Shown: positions 10,236-18,677 of the stretch, piece by piece
How the letters are laid out: each line of letters starts with the position of its first letter
How positions within the stretch are numbered: position 1 is the stretch's first letter
Assembly: GCA_965261395.1 (NCBI GenBank)
Contig: OZ253462.1
Coordinates: forward strand, 6,336,001 to 6,400,000
Reading direction: 5' to 3'
From: Candidatus Latescibacterota bacterium
GTDB taxonomy: Bacteria > Latescibacterota > UBA2968 > UBA8231
Length of the DNA stretch: 64,000 nucleotides
The notes under the pieces: generated by a model
What the model saw: the letters and a program-made list of their open reading frames with translations, nothing else
The model's database searches: none
Told to the model about the DNA's origin: nothing
Translations under genes and position numbers: made by a program

Positions 10236-12581
10236 ATGACGGAAACTGAACGCAGCATAGCAGAACGCGCAGAGCCGCTTTTTCGCGCTACCGTGCCAGC
10301 GCAGGTGCGGCGCGAACTGGCCGAGGTAGTAAGCATCGACGAAGAGTTCCGCCTAGCGGTGGCTACCGATATTAAGCTCGACGGCCAGTACGGCGAGGCG
10401 TGGCTAATGGCCACCGCCGACCATCTGGTGGCCTTCAGCCCCGACGGCGGTGGACCGCCCGATGTGGTCTGCTTGCCCCTGAACGAAATAAAGGGCGTGG
10501 AGGTGCGCGAGGATTGGGGCACCGCGGCCCTCAAGGTGCGCACCGCAGAGCGGGGCGCGACCATGGCCGTATTCTCCAAGAGCTTGGTGCCAGCACTGTC
10601 CGAACTGCCCAATCAGGTCGAGCGCTTGGTCAAGCAAGCAAACCCGACGGACCCCGATGGCCAAGTGCTCCACGGGCGACTGGCCGGAGCTAGAGCCGGG
10701 CGCGAGCGCTGCGACCGCTGCGGCCAAGTCATTCCGAGGCACTACGGAGTATGCCCGGCCTGTCTGGAAAAGGGCAAACTGCTGTTCCGGCTGTTGGGCT
10801 ATGCCCAGCCACATTGGAAGCTCATTGCCCTGAGTCTGTTGCTCATGGTGGTGGCCACGACCATTGGCTTGGGCCAGCCGCTGCTGATGAGAGTCCTCAT
10901 CGACGATGTCTTGAATGCCGGTGCCGTTTCGTCCATGAGCGATGAGGCGGACTTTGATCTGCTGGCTCTTTTGCCGGTGTCCAAGGACGATCCAGTCGCT
11001 GTGCTGGCTTGGCTGGTGGGCTTGTTGATATTCATGAACCTCACCGTCAGCGGCTTGTCGGGTCTGCGCGGCTACATCATGGCCCGCATCGGCCAGCGCG
11101 TCACCTACGGCCTGCGCAACGAAGTGTACACCCACCTCCACGCACTGTCGCTTAGTTATTACAACAAAAACGAGACTGGGCGCATTATGGCCAGTGTCAC
11201 CCAAGACGTGGGCCGCTTGCAGGATTTTATCAGCGACGGTCTGCAAGAAGCCATCCGCGATGTGCTCACCTTGGTCATCATTTGCATCATCCTCTTTGCG
11301 CTCAATCCCGGGCTGGCGGCCCTCGTGCTGCTGCCGACGCCTCTACTGGTGTGGGCGACGCTGAGCTTTGGCAAGCGACTGCACGCCATCTACCGACCTT
11401 TGTGGCACCGCTGGGCCGGCCTGAGCGCCCTGCTGGCCGATACCATCCCGGGCGTGCGCGTAGTCAAGGCATTTGCCCAAGAACAGCGGGAAGTGGGCAA
11501 ATTCAAGGGCCGCAGCCTAGATCTGCTGCGGGGCGAATTGCGGGTGGCGTGGATGCGCAGCCTGTTCGGCCCGGTCATGGCCTTTATAACCTCCATCGGC
11601 ACCATCATCATCTGGTGGGTCGGCGGCCGCGATATTTTGGCTGGTGAGCTGACGTTGGGAGCCTTTGTCGCCTTTACCAGTTACATGTATCGCTTCTACG
11701 GGCCGGTGGAGAGCTTGTGCCGCCTCAACCACCGCTTCCAGCGCGCCGCCACCTCGGCCGAGCGCGTCTTTGAAGTACTCGATACCCACCCAGAGGTGAT
11801 CGACCAGCCCGGGGCTATGACCATGCCGCCCATCGAGGGCCGGGTCGAATTCCGCGGCGTCCACTTCGGCTATGAGGAAGACAAGCCCGTCATTGAGGAT
11901 TTGAATTTCGTCGTCGAGCCGGGCGAGATGATCGGCTTGGCTGGGCACAGCGGCGCTGGCAAGAGCACCTTGATCAATCTCATCTGCCGCTTCTACGAGC
12001 CGCAGGAGGGGGCCATTCTCATCGACGGCCACGACGCCCGCCAAGTGAACCTCAAATCGCTGCGCGAGCAGATTGGCGTGGTCTTGCAGGATCCGTTCCT
12101 CTTCAACGGCACGGTGGCCGACAACATTGCCTACGGCCATCCTGAATCTTCCCTCGAACAGATCGTCGCCGCGGCCAAGGCCGCCAATGCGCACGACTTC
12201 ATTATGAACATGGCCGACGGGTACGACACCTTGGTCGGCGAGCGCGGCACCCGCGTATCCGGGGGCGAGCGGCAGCGGCTGTCCATTGCCCGGGCCATTT
12301 TGCGCGACCCGCGCATTCTCATCCTCGACGAAGCCACCTCCAACGTCGATACCGAGACCGAATCGCAAATTCAGGAGGCGTTGGAGCGGCTCATCCAAGG
12401 GCGCACCACCTTTGCCATTGCCCATCGCTTATCGACCCTCAAAAACTCCCACCGTCTGCTCATTCTCGACAAGGGTAAACTCGCCGAGATCGGCACCCAC
12501 GACGAGCTGATTGAACAGGATGGCATCTACGCCAAGTTGTGCCGCATGCAGGCTGAAATGTCCAGACTGAGAGCTTGGTAA
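10236..12581 (+). CDS. ABC transporter, fused permease and ATPase, with N-terminal extension and Zn-ribbon
   Basis: Walker A GHSGAGKST, signature VSGGERQ, Walker B ILILDEATS; CDRC...CPAC before the TM domain. Confidence 0.93.
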   Translation: MTETERSIAERAEPLFRATVPAQVRRELAEVVSIDEEFRLAVATDIKLDGQYGEAWLMATADHLVAFSPDGGGPPDVVCLPLNEIKGVEVREDWGTAALKVRTAERGATMAVFSKSLVPALSELPNQVERLVKQANPTDPDGQVLHGRLAGARAGRERCDRCGQVIPRHYGVCPACLEKGKLLFRLLGYAQPHWKLIALSLLLMVVATTIGLGQPLLMRVLIDDVLNAGAVSSMSDEADFDLLALLPVSKDDPVAVLAWLVGLLIFMNLTVSGLSGLRGYIMARIGQRVTYGLRNEVYTHLHALSLSYYNKNETGRIMASVTQDVGRLQDFISDGLQEAIRDVLTLVIICIILFALNPGLAALVLLPTPLLVWATLSFGKRLHAIYRPLWHRWAGLSALLADTIPGVRVVKAFAQEQREVGKFKGRSLDLLRGELRVAWMRSLFGPVMAFITSIGTIIIWWVGGRDILAGELTLGAFVAFTSYMYRFYGPVESLCRLNHRFQRAATSAERVFEVLDTHPEVIDQPGAMTMPPIEGRVEFRGVHFGYEEDKPVIEDLNFVVEPGEMIGLAGHSGAGKSTLINLICRFYEPQEGAILIDGHDARQVNLKSLREQIGVVLQDPFLFNGTVADNIAYGHPESSLEQIVAAAKAANAHDFIMNMADGYDTLVGERGTRVSGGERQRLSIARAILRDPRILILDEATSNVDTETESQIQEALERLIQGRTTFAIAHRLSTLKNSHRLLILDKGKLAEIGTHDELIEQDGIYAKLCRMQAEMSRLRAW

Positions 12582-12585
12582 AACC

Positions 12586-13098
12586 ATGCAGCAGCGCCAG
12601 AATTTAGCCGCTGAAGTCGCCTATCTCGACCCGGATAAGGCGCGGTTTTTTGTCGATGCTTTCGAGGACTTGAACCTAGAGTTGACCGGGGACCAGACCT
12701 ATCCGAGGGTCCGGGTCAAACGGGCTTTTCCCCTGAGCTGCGACGACTGCTTTATCGTCGTCCAAGACCGCGAAGGCGAGGAGATAGGCTCGCTGGCCCG
12801 GCTCGACTCGCTAGATCGGGCCAGTCGTCAAGCCCTGGAAGACGAGTTGGAGCGGGCCTATTTCTCTCCGCACATCCAGCGCATCGTCAACGTGACAGTG
12901 GCCAATCGAGTGCCGCGCTGGGAAGTAGAGACCGACCGGGGACCCCGCGCCTTTGAAATCTATTCCAGCCGCCGCGATATCCGCCATTTGGGCGGCGGAC
13001 GGGTACTGGTGCAAGACGCCGACGGCAACCGCTACGAAATCCCTGATTATCGGCTCTTGGAGCCAGCCAGCCGGGCCTTGGTCGAGGAAATGATTTAA
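12586..13098 (+). CDS. DUF1854 domain protein
   Basis: RAFPLS, WEVETDRG and DADGNRYEIPD motifs; usual partner of this ABC transporter type. Confidence 0.85.
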   Translation: MQQRQNLAAEVAYLDPDKARFFVDAFEDLNLELTGDQTYPRVRVKRAFPLSCDDCFIVVQDREGEEIGSLARLDSLDRASRQALEDELERAYFSPHIQRIVNVTVANRVPRWEVETDRGPRAFEIYSSRRDIRHLGGGRVLVQDADGNRYEIPDYRLLEPASRALVEEMI

Positions 13099-13178
13099 CT
13101 CTCTCGCCGCCCCTATTGCCGACACACGTGGATACAGCGTAAGAGCACCCGCATCACCACCAAGAAAAAGGAAATCGC

Positions 13179-14168
13179 ATGCGCCAAGGGATGTTCAAGT
13201 TGTCGATGACGCTGGGCAGAAGCCCACGAGAGCAACCCGAGCGGGTGAAGATCTGCCGGGAAATGGGCGTCACCGGCTGCGTAACATCGCCACCCCTCGA
13301 CGGGATCGGTCGCGATCAGTACGCGGCGGCCATGCGCCAGCAAAAGGAGGGATGGGCCGAGGCAGGGTTTTCGATCCCCGTGTACGAGACCATGACGCCC
13401 ACCCGCTCCGAACACATACGCCGAGGAAGCCCAGGCCGCGACGAGGAACTGTTGGACTTTATCGCCGCTGTGGAGGCCATGGGCAAAGTCGGCATTCCCG
13501 TGCTGTGCTACAACCTCGGCGCTGGCGGCTCGCGCACCGATTGGGTGCCCACGCGCGGTGGTGCCATCTCCTCGCAATTCGACTATGCGGAGTCGCACCA
13601 CGAGCCACCTCTTGCGGAGATCCAAACGGAGAAAGAACTCTGGAACAACCTGACTTGGCTGCTCGAGCGCATCATCCCCGTCGCCGAAAAGGCCAATGTC
13701 CGCATGGGCTATCACCCCAACGATCCGCCGATCTCGCCCTATCGGGGGTCCGCCCAAATCATGGTCAGTGCCGCCGCGTACCGCCGCCTAATCAAGATCG
13801 CACCGAGTCCTTGCAACGGCGTCACGTTCTGCCAAGGCAATTTCAAGGCCATGGGCGAGGATATCTACTCGGTGGCGCGGGAGTTCACCGAACAGGGCAA
13901 GGTTCACTTTATCCACTACCGCGACGTCGAGGGCACGGCGGGAACGCGATTTACGGAAACCTTTCACGACGACGGTCCTACAGATATGGCGCGAATGCTG
14001 GAAATCTACTCCCGCGCCGGCTTCGTAGGACCCATCCGCCCCGACCACGCGCCGACGATGGGGTCCGAGGATGCGGAGACGACCCGTGGCTACGGCATAC
14101 TCGGGAAGATCTTCGCCTTCGGCTACATGATCGGCATGATGCAGGCGCAAAACTTGGCCTACGAATGA
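13179..14168 (+). CDS. uxuA: Mannonate dehydratase family protein
   Basis: VLCYN, HPNDPP, GVTFCQG, FIHYRD, ETFHDDG and RPDHAP motifs. Confidence 0.8.
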   Translation: MRQGMFKLSMTLGRSPREQPERVKICREMGVTGCVTSPPLDGIGRDQYAAAMRQQKEGWAEAGFSIPVYETMTPTRSEHIRRGSPGRDEELLDFIAAVEAMGKVGIPVLCYNLGAGGSRTDWVPTRGGAISSQFDYAESHHEPPLAEIQTEKELWNNLTWLLERIIPVAEKANVRMGYHPNDPPISPYRGSAQIMVSAAAYRRLIKIAPSPCNGVTFCQGNFKAMGEDIYSVAREFTEQGKVHFIHYRDVEGTAGTRFTETFHDDGPTDMARMLEIYSRAGFVGPIRPDHAPTMGSEDAETTRGYGILGKIFAFGYMIGMMQAQNLAYE

Positions 14169-14530
14169 GGAGCGGCGCGTTTCTCCCTACATCGGTGAAT
14201 GGTGATCCTTTGTGGTTTACCTCTAAGGGTCGGGCTTATTTTGTTCTCTGTGGGGGCGATCCTACCCCTGTAGGTTACGATGTTGAAGGCACTCCCGATG
14301 AACCGCGTGGTTGGGCCAAATGGTTAAAGTTTATTGAAAATAGGGCCGATTTAGGTAAGGCGTATTTCAACTGTGCGCCGGGGATTGGAAACGATCAGTC
14401 CAATCGAGCAAGGGCAGTATTAAAGGGCAAAACTATTACAGCTTCAATGACGTATCGTATGAGCGACAATCCCGGTGATAGGGATAATTGGCGTACCGTA
14501 GATGGATTTAGTCTTACTATCGCACCATAA
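14165..14530 (+). CDS. Hypothetical protein or gene fragment at the start of an AT-rich islet
   Basis: ATG overlaps the uxuA stop; composition shifts at about 14190; stop overlaps the next ATG. Confidence 0.45.
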   Translation: MRSGAFLPTSVNGDPLWFTSKGRAYFVLCGGDPTPVGYDVEGTPDEPRGWAKWLKFIENRADLGKAYFNCAPGIGNDQSNRARAVLKGKTITASMTYRMSDNPGDRDNWRTVDGFSLTIAP

Positions 14531-15123
14531 TGTTGAAACTTCTTTTCATACTTTCTTTGATAGCGATTGTCGTTCTTTCTTGCACGGACGACAATCCTAT
14601 CTCAACCCTCTCTTTGCCCGTAGGTGGGTTGTCTGCGGGCAAGGCTCTTTCTACGGATAGTGAAGCGTGTTATTTGATTCAATGGGATTGTGATCCATCT
14701 CTATGGATAGCTCCTGAAGATTCAATTTTCACGATTTTCTATGGTGATAGTTTGCGATTTCAGACGCAAGGAACCTCTGTTCACATAGAGCATTATGTTG
14801 ATTCTAATCGTAAACTAGTTTATTATGCTCACGAAACGGAATCCCCGTATGGTCGATATAAGGCTGCGTTTCGATTTAGTGATGGGCAATGTGGGTTGTG
14901 GAGCGATGCTGTTTTAGATAATTCATTGACTACTCGTATTTATAAAGGCAATGTAAAATTAGTTTATCGAGATTTGCCTGTTCATAAACAATATCAGATT
15001 AAAGAAGGTGAAAAGAGTTGGAAGATAGCTACAATTAAACCGGATGGGACGGTGGTTTCAGTTGACCATAAATATTTGCCTATTAATCGGGATATTGAAG
15101 GAAATTTGATTTTACCGTTTTCA

Positions 15124-16055
15124 GAAGCCGTCTGAAAACTATATTTTTTCTATTTGATCCGTTTGAGCAGCAAGTGGATCATAGCAATCTGGATCAAGGC
15201 TTCGCTATGGTGGGTCAACACCTCATAATCTCGGGCATGTCGGCGAAAATTCATCAACCACGCAAACGTGCGCTCGACGACCCAACGGCGTGGTAACACC
15301 TCAAAGCCGGGGCCTTGTTTGGCGACGACTTCCAAGTCTATTTTGTGCGTCTTTTTTACGTTAGCCACCCACGTTCGGATCGGATCGCCTCGATAGCCGC
15401 CATCGCCCCACAGTTTGCGTAACCGGGCTACGCCGGAGGCCCCCAAGCGGGTCAACACCTGCTTGAGGCCGTCCCGATCCTCTACATCGGCGGCGGTGAC
15501 CACCACCTGTCTAAGCAAGCCCGAGGTGTCGACCAACAGATGACGCTTGCGCCCCTTGACCTTTTTTCCGGCGTCATAACCGGTTGTTTTACCATGGGTT
15601 GCCGTCTTGATCGTCTGACTATCGACTACGCCAGCCGACGGCGTTGGAGCCCGTCCGTTGAGGCGGCGTTCCCGCTGGGTGAGTCGATCCAATACCTGCG
15701 GCCAGACCCCTTGTAGACTCCAGCGACGAAAGTAATCATACACCGTTTTCCACGGTCCAAAACAAGAAGGCAACAAAGCCCAAGGACAACCGGTCTTGGT
15801 CAGATACAAAAGGCCGTTGACGATCTGGCGTCGATCCCGCGGTGGCCGACCCGGACCGTTCGGCTGCCATGTCGAAGCCGGCAGCAACGGTTCGATCCGA
15901 CGCCATTGCACATCGGTTACATCGGTGGCATATTGCCTACTAGGCGTACTCATCATACGAGCCTTTCTGTTCAGATTTTGTCGCGAAACCTGAATATGGC
16001 TCGATGAGTACGCCGATTCAAATACCGGCTACAGCAAGGGTTTTCAGACGGCTTC
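15124..16055 (-). mobile_element. IS5 family (IS1031-like) insertion sequence, 932 bp
   Basis: Perfect 16-bp TIR GAAGCCGTCTGAAAAC / GTTTTCAGACGGCTTC; 3-bp target duplication TCA at 15121-15123 and 16056-16058. Confidence 0.93.
15150..15956 (-). CDS. IS5 family transposase
   Basis: GYDAGKKVKGRKRHLLVD, DGGY and RRWVVERTFAWL motifs. Confidence 0.95.
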   Translation of the reverse strand: MMSTPSRQYATDVTDVQWRRIEPLLPASTWQPNGPGRPPRDRRQIVNGLLYLTKTGCPWALLPSCFGPWKTVYDYFRRWSLQGVWPQVLDRLTQRERRLNGRAPTPSAGVVDSQTIKTATHGKTTGYDAGKKVKGRKRHLLVDTSGLLRQVVVTAADVEDRDGLKQVLTRLGASGVARLRKLWGDGGYRGDPIRTWVANVKKTHKIDLEVVAKQGPGFEVLPRRWVVERTFAWLMNFRRHARDYEVLTHHSEALIQIAMIHLLLKRIK

Positions 16056-16698
16056 TCAGAAAATATTTGTAATGATACGGAAATTTCAGATTCAGAGGAT
16101 GTAGTTGATTCAAATACTTCTGTTGAGGCGATTGAAACTTCGACAAAGGAAGTAGATGAAGCGTTGACTGTTCAATTTGAGTTTGTTGAAGATTTGCAAG
16201 AAGAAGAAATTGAAACTGAGTCTGTGGTTGAAACTGAAACTGAAACTGAGTCGATTTCTACGTGTAATGTTAATGATACTTCTGGTAAAATATATGAATT
16301 TTTGTCCCCTGAGCCGTGTAGTGAAAATCTTACCTATGTCAATTCTTTTGAGTGTGTAGTAGGGGTAGGAATCAAAACGTTGTTAAATGGGGATGTTTTT
16401 TTCGATTGTAGAGCATCGGGATTAAAAAATAGCATAGGTGACGGCGACGGCAATAAAGATGTAGGCTGTAAGCCGTCTTGGGGAAGGTACTATAATCAGG
16501 AATTGGGGGAGTGTGTGGAATGTGATATTGGAACACGTTGTATTGGATGCTATGGACTTGACCCTGATAAACCGATATGGTGGGGGTTTGGCCCTGCTCA
16601 CCCAAGGTATTGCAAAGCGGAGTAGAATTAAATGAGTTGGATTAAGAAAAAAACTTTGTTGTTCGTGCTTTCAGCCGTTGGAGAAAGAAGAAAAGCGG

Positions 16699-16785
16699 GT
16701 GAAGTGTATTAGATGTGAGGAAGAAATACACGAAGAATGTGCAACTAAGGTAGGAGAGGACAATTACTGTCAACCTTGTTTGTAA
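16699..16785 (+). CDS. Putative 28-aa zinc-finger microprotein
   Basis: GTG start; MKCIRCEEEIHEECATKVGEDNYCQPCL with paired CxxC motifs; purine-rich upstream sequence. Below the ORF track cutoff. Confidence 0.5.
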   Translation: MKCIRCEEEIHEECATKVGEDNYCQPCL

Positions 16786-16907
16786 GTAGTTCACCTTTTT
16801 TTTGGGTCGGACTTGATCGATTTCGACTTTCCCACAGTCGTCGAAGTCTCGCTGCCGCTCGTATTCGATTTCTTCGCCAAACACCACCGCTAAAGGCTGT
16901 AATAATC

Positions 16908-17657
16908 ATGGCAAACGATTTGGAATTTCTGCAAAAGTTGGACCATCCCGAGGATCGCACGCGCTCGCTCATTGACCTCATCGATGTGCAGACCGTCGAT
17001 TTGGAATTGGCCGCTTTTTTCGCCTCTCATATCTGGCGCGGAGCTTCCTATATCACCGGCTCAGGTCCCGGCGGTATAGGCAAGACCACTACCATGCACG
17101 CGCTGCTCAGTTTTGTCGCGGCCGACCTTCCCTTTGTCACCGCACTGCCAGGAGAAGTATCCTCTATTGGGGGAGCCAAGTCCTGTGTCATCTCCAACGA
17201 ATTGAGCGACCATCCGCCCCCGACCTATCTGTGGGGTGACGACCTGCGCGCTTTCTTTGCCTTAGGCAGAGCCGGTCATACTCTGGTCAGTAATGTCCAC
17301 GCCGATAACCTCGATGAGATCCACCACCAGATCGTCGAAATCAACCAAGTGCCCGCAGCGCAGTTTCGCGCCATCAACTTGCTCGTTTTCATTTGTCTCG
17401 AAGGGGGTAATCCTCCTCAGCGGCGCATCAAGGATACGACCACTCGTCGCATAATCAACAAGATCTACTACAGCGACGGTAAAGAAGAACACCGCCTAAT
17501 CTACGACCCACAGCAGGGCTTGTTAGATCACGCGCCGCGCGATCGCGATAGAGAACGCGAGCAAAACTGTCGCGCTTTCTTAGCAGAAATGGTCGCGGAC
17601 AAGGAGCGCCGTCTCGTCGAGGTGCGCCGTCGCTTTTTACAGTGGAATAAGGCGTGA
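16908..17657 (+). CDS. Stand-alone short VirB11/CpaF/GspE-like P-loop ATPase
   Basis: Walker A GPGGIGKTT, ISNE (Walker B), His-box GHTLVSNVHAD. Start taken at MANDLE. Confidence 0.7.
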   Translation: MANDLEFLQKLDHPEDRTRSLIDLIDVQTVDLELAAFFASHIWRGASYITGSGPGGIGKTTTMHALLSFVAADLPFVTALPGEVSSIGGAKSCVISNELSDHPPPTYLWGDDLRAFFALGRAGHTLVSNVHADNLDEIHHQIVEINQVPAAQFRAINLLVFICLEGGNPPQRRIKDTTTRRIINKIYYSDGKEEHRLIYDPQQGLLDHAPRDRDREREQNCRAFLAEMVADKERRLVEVRRRFLQWNKA

Positions 17658-17718
17658 CTGACATTCCCACGGTGCGAATTACCGTAGTAAAACTTCATCT
17701 AGCAGATAGGAGATAATT

Positions 17719-18618
17719 ATGGAACGAAAAACCGCTGCTGAGTACGATCCGCAACTGCTCAGCCTCTACGATCGCTATGTCCACGGCGACATTGACCGCC
17801 GCCAGTTTCTCGATAATGCTACCCGCTTCGCCATCAGCGGCCTGACGGCTGCCGCGCTGTTGGACAGCCTCACTCCCAACTACGCCTTTGCCCAACAAGT
17901 AGCCGCAGATGACGAACGCATTGTCACCGAGTGCGTGACGTATCCTTCCCCACAGGGACACGAAAAGACGCGCGCAGACCTTGTACGGCCCACGGCTGCA
18001 GAGGAAAGCAAATTACCGGGTGTCCTCGTCATCCACGAAAACAGAGGGCTAAACCCCTATGTCGCAGACGTCGCGCGCCGCGTGGCTACGGCCGGTTTCC
18101 TCGCCTTGGCCCCGGACGCACTGGAGCCGCTGGGCGGTTATCCCGGCACAGACGACGAAGGACGAACATTGCAAAGGCAACTCGACGGGGAGAAAATGAC
18201 GGAAGACTTCATTGCGGCCGCCAAGTATCTCAAAGCGCATCCTGCCTGTAGCGGCCAAGTGGGCGTCGTCGGCTTCTGCTTTGGCGGTGGCATGTCCAAT
18301 ACGCTGGCCGTGCGCATACCAGAGGTAATCTCGGCGGCCGTGCCCTTTTACGGCCGGCAACCAGCGGCTGAAGATGTGCCCAATATCAAGGCGCGGCTGC
18401 TGATTCACTATGCCGAACTGGATGAGAGGATTAATGCCGGTTGGCCGGCGTACGAAGCCGCGCTAAAAGAAGCTGAAATCGACTATGCGATGTACATGTA
18501 TTTAGGCGTCAACCACGGCTTCCACAACGACACCACGCCCCGCTATGACGAAGCCGCCGCCAAACTGGCCTGGGAGCGCACAATCAGTTTTTTCAACGAA
18601 ACGTTGAAAGCTGGATGA
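17719..18618 (+). CDS. Dienelactone hydrolase family protein (YghX-like)
   Basis: DRRQFL Tat-like motif; HENRGLN; GFCFGG nucleophile; [12 protein letters not shown]. Confidence 0.92.
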   Translation: MERKTAAEYDPQLLSLYDRYVHGDIDRRQFLDNATRFAISGLTAAALLDSLTPNYAFAQQVAADDERIVTECVTYPSPQGHEKTRADLVRPTAAEESKLPGVLVIHENRGLNPYVADVARRVATAGFLALAPDALEPLGGYPGTDDEGRTLQRQLDGEKMTEDFIAAAKYLKAHPACSGQVGVVGFCFGGGMSNTLAVRIPEVISAAVPFYGRQPAAEDVPNIKARLLIHYAELDERINAGWPAYEAALKEAEIDYAMYMYLGVNHGFHNDTTPRYDEAAAKLAWERTISFFNETLKAG

Positions 18619-18677
18619 ATTATAACCTTCACACCCATGACTCAAGTGGACATTTAGGATAGGGTAAGAGGCTCTTC

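Larger units (their letters stand above)
14530..16625 (+). pseudogene. Lipoprotein with acidic linker and Cys-rich C-terminus, split by an IS5 element
   Basis: Lipobox VLSC. Removing the IS and one TCA joins ...LILPFS in frame to ENICNDTEISDSED...YCKAE, continuous with ORF 16164..16625. Confidence 0.8.

Noticed and set aside
13352-14530. 392-aa ORF
   Set aside because: The first 271 codons are an off-frame shadow of uxuA; only 14165-14530 is plausible.
16205-16252. GAAACT short tandem repeats
   Set aside because: Encode the ETETE linker of the lipoprotein; not a separate element.
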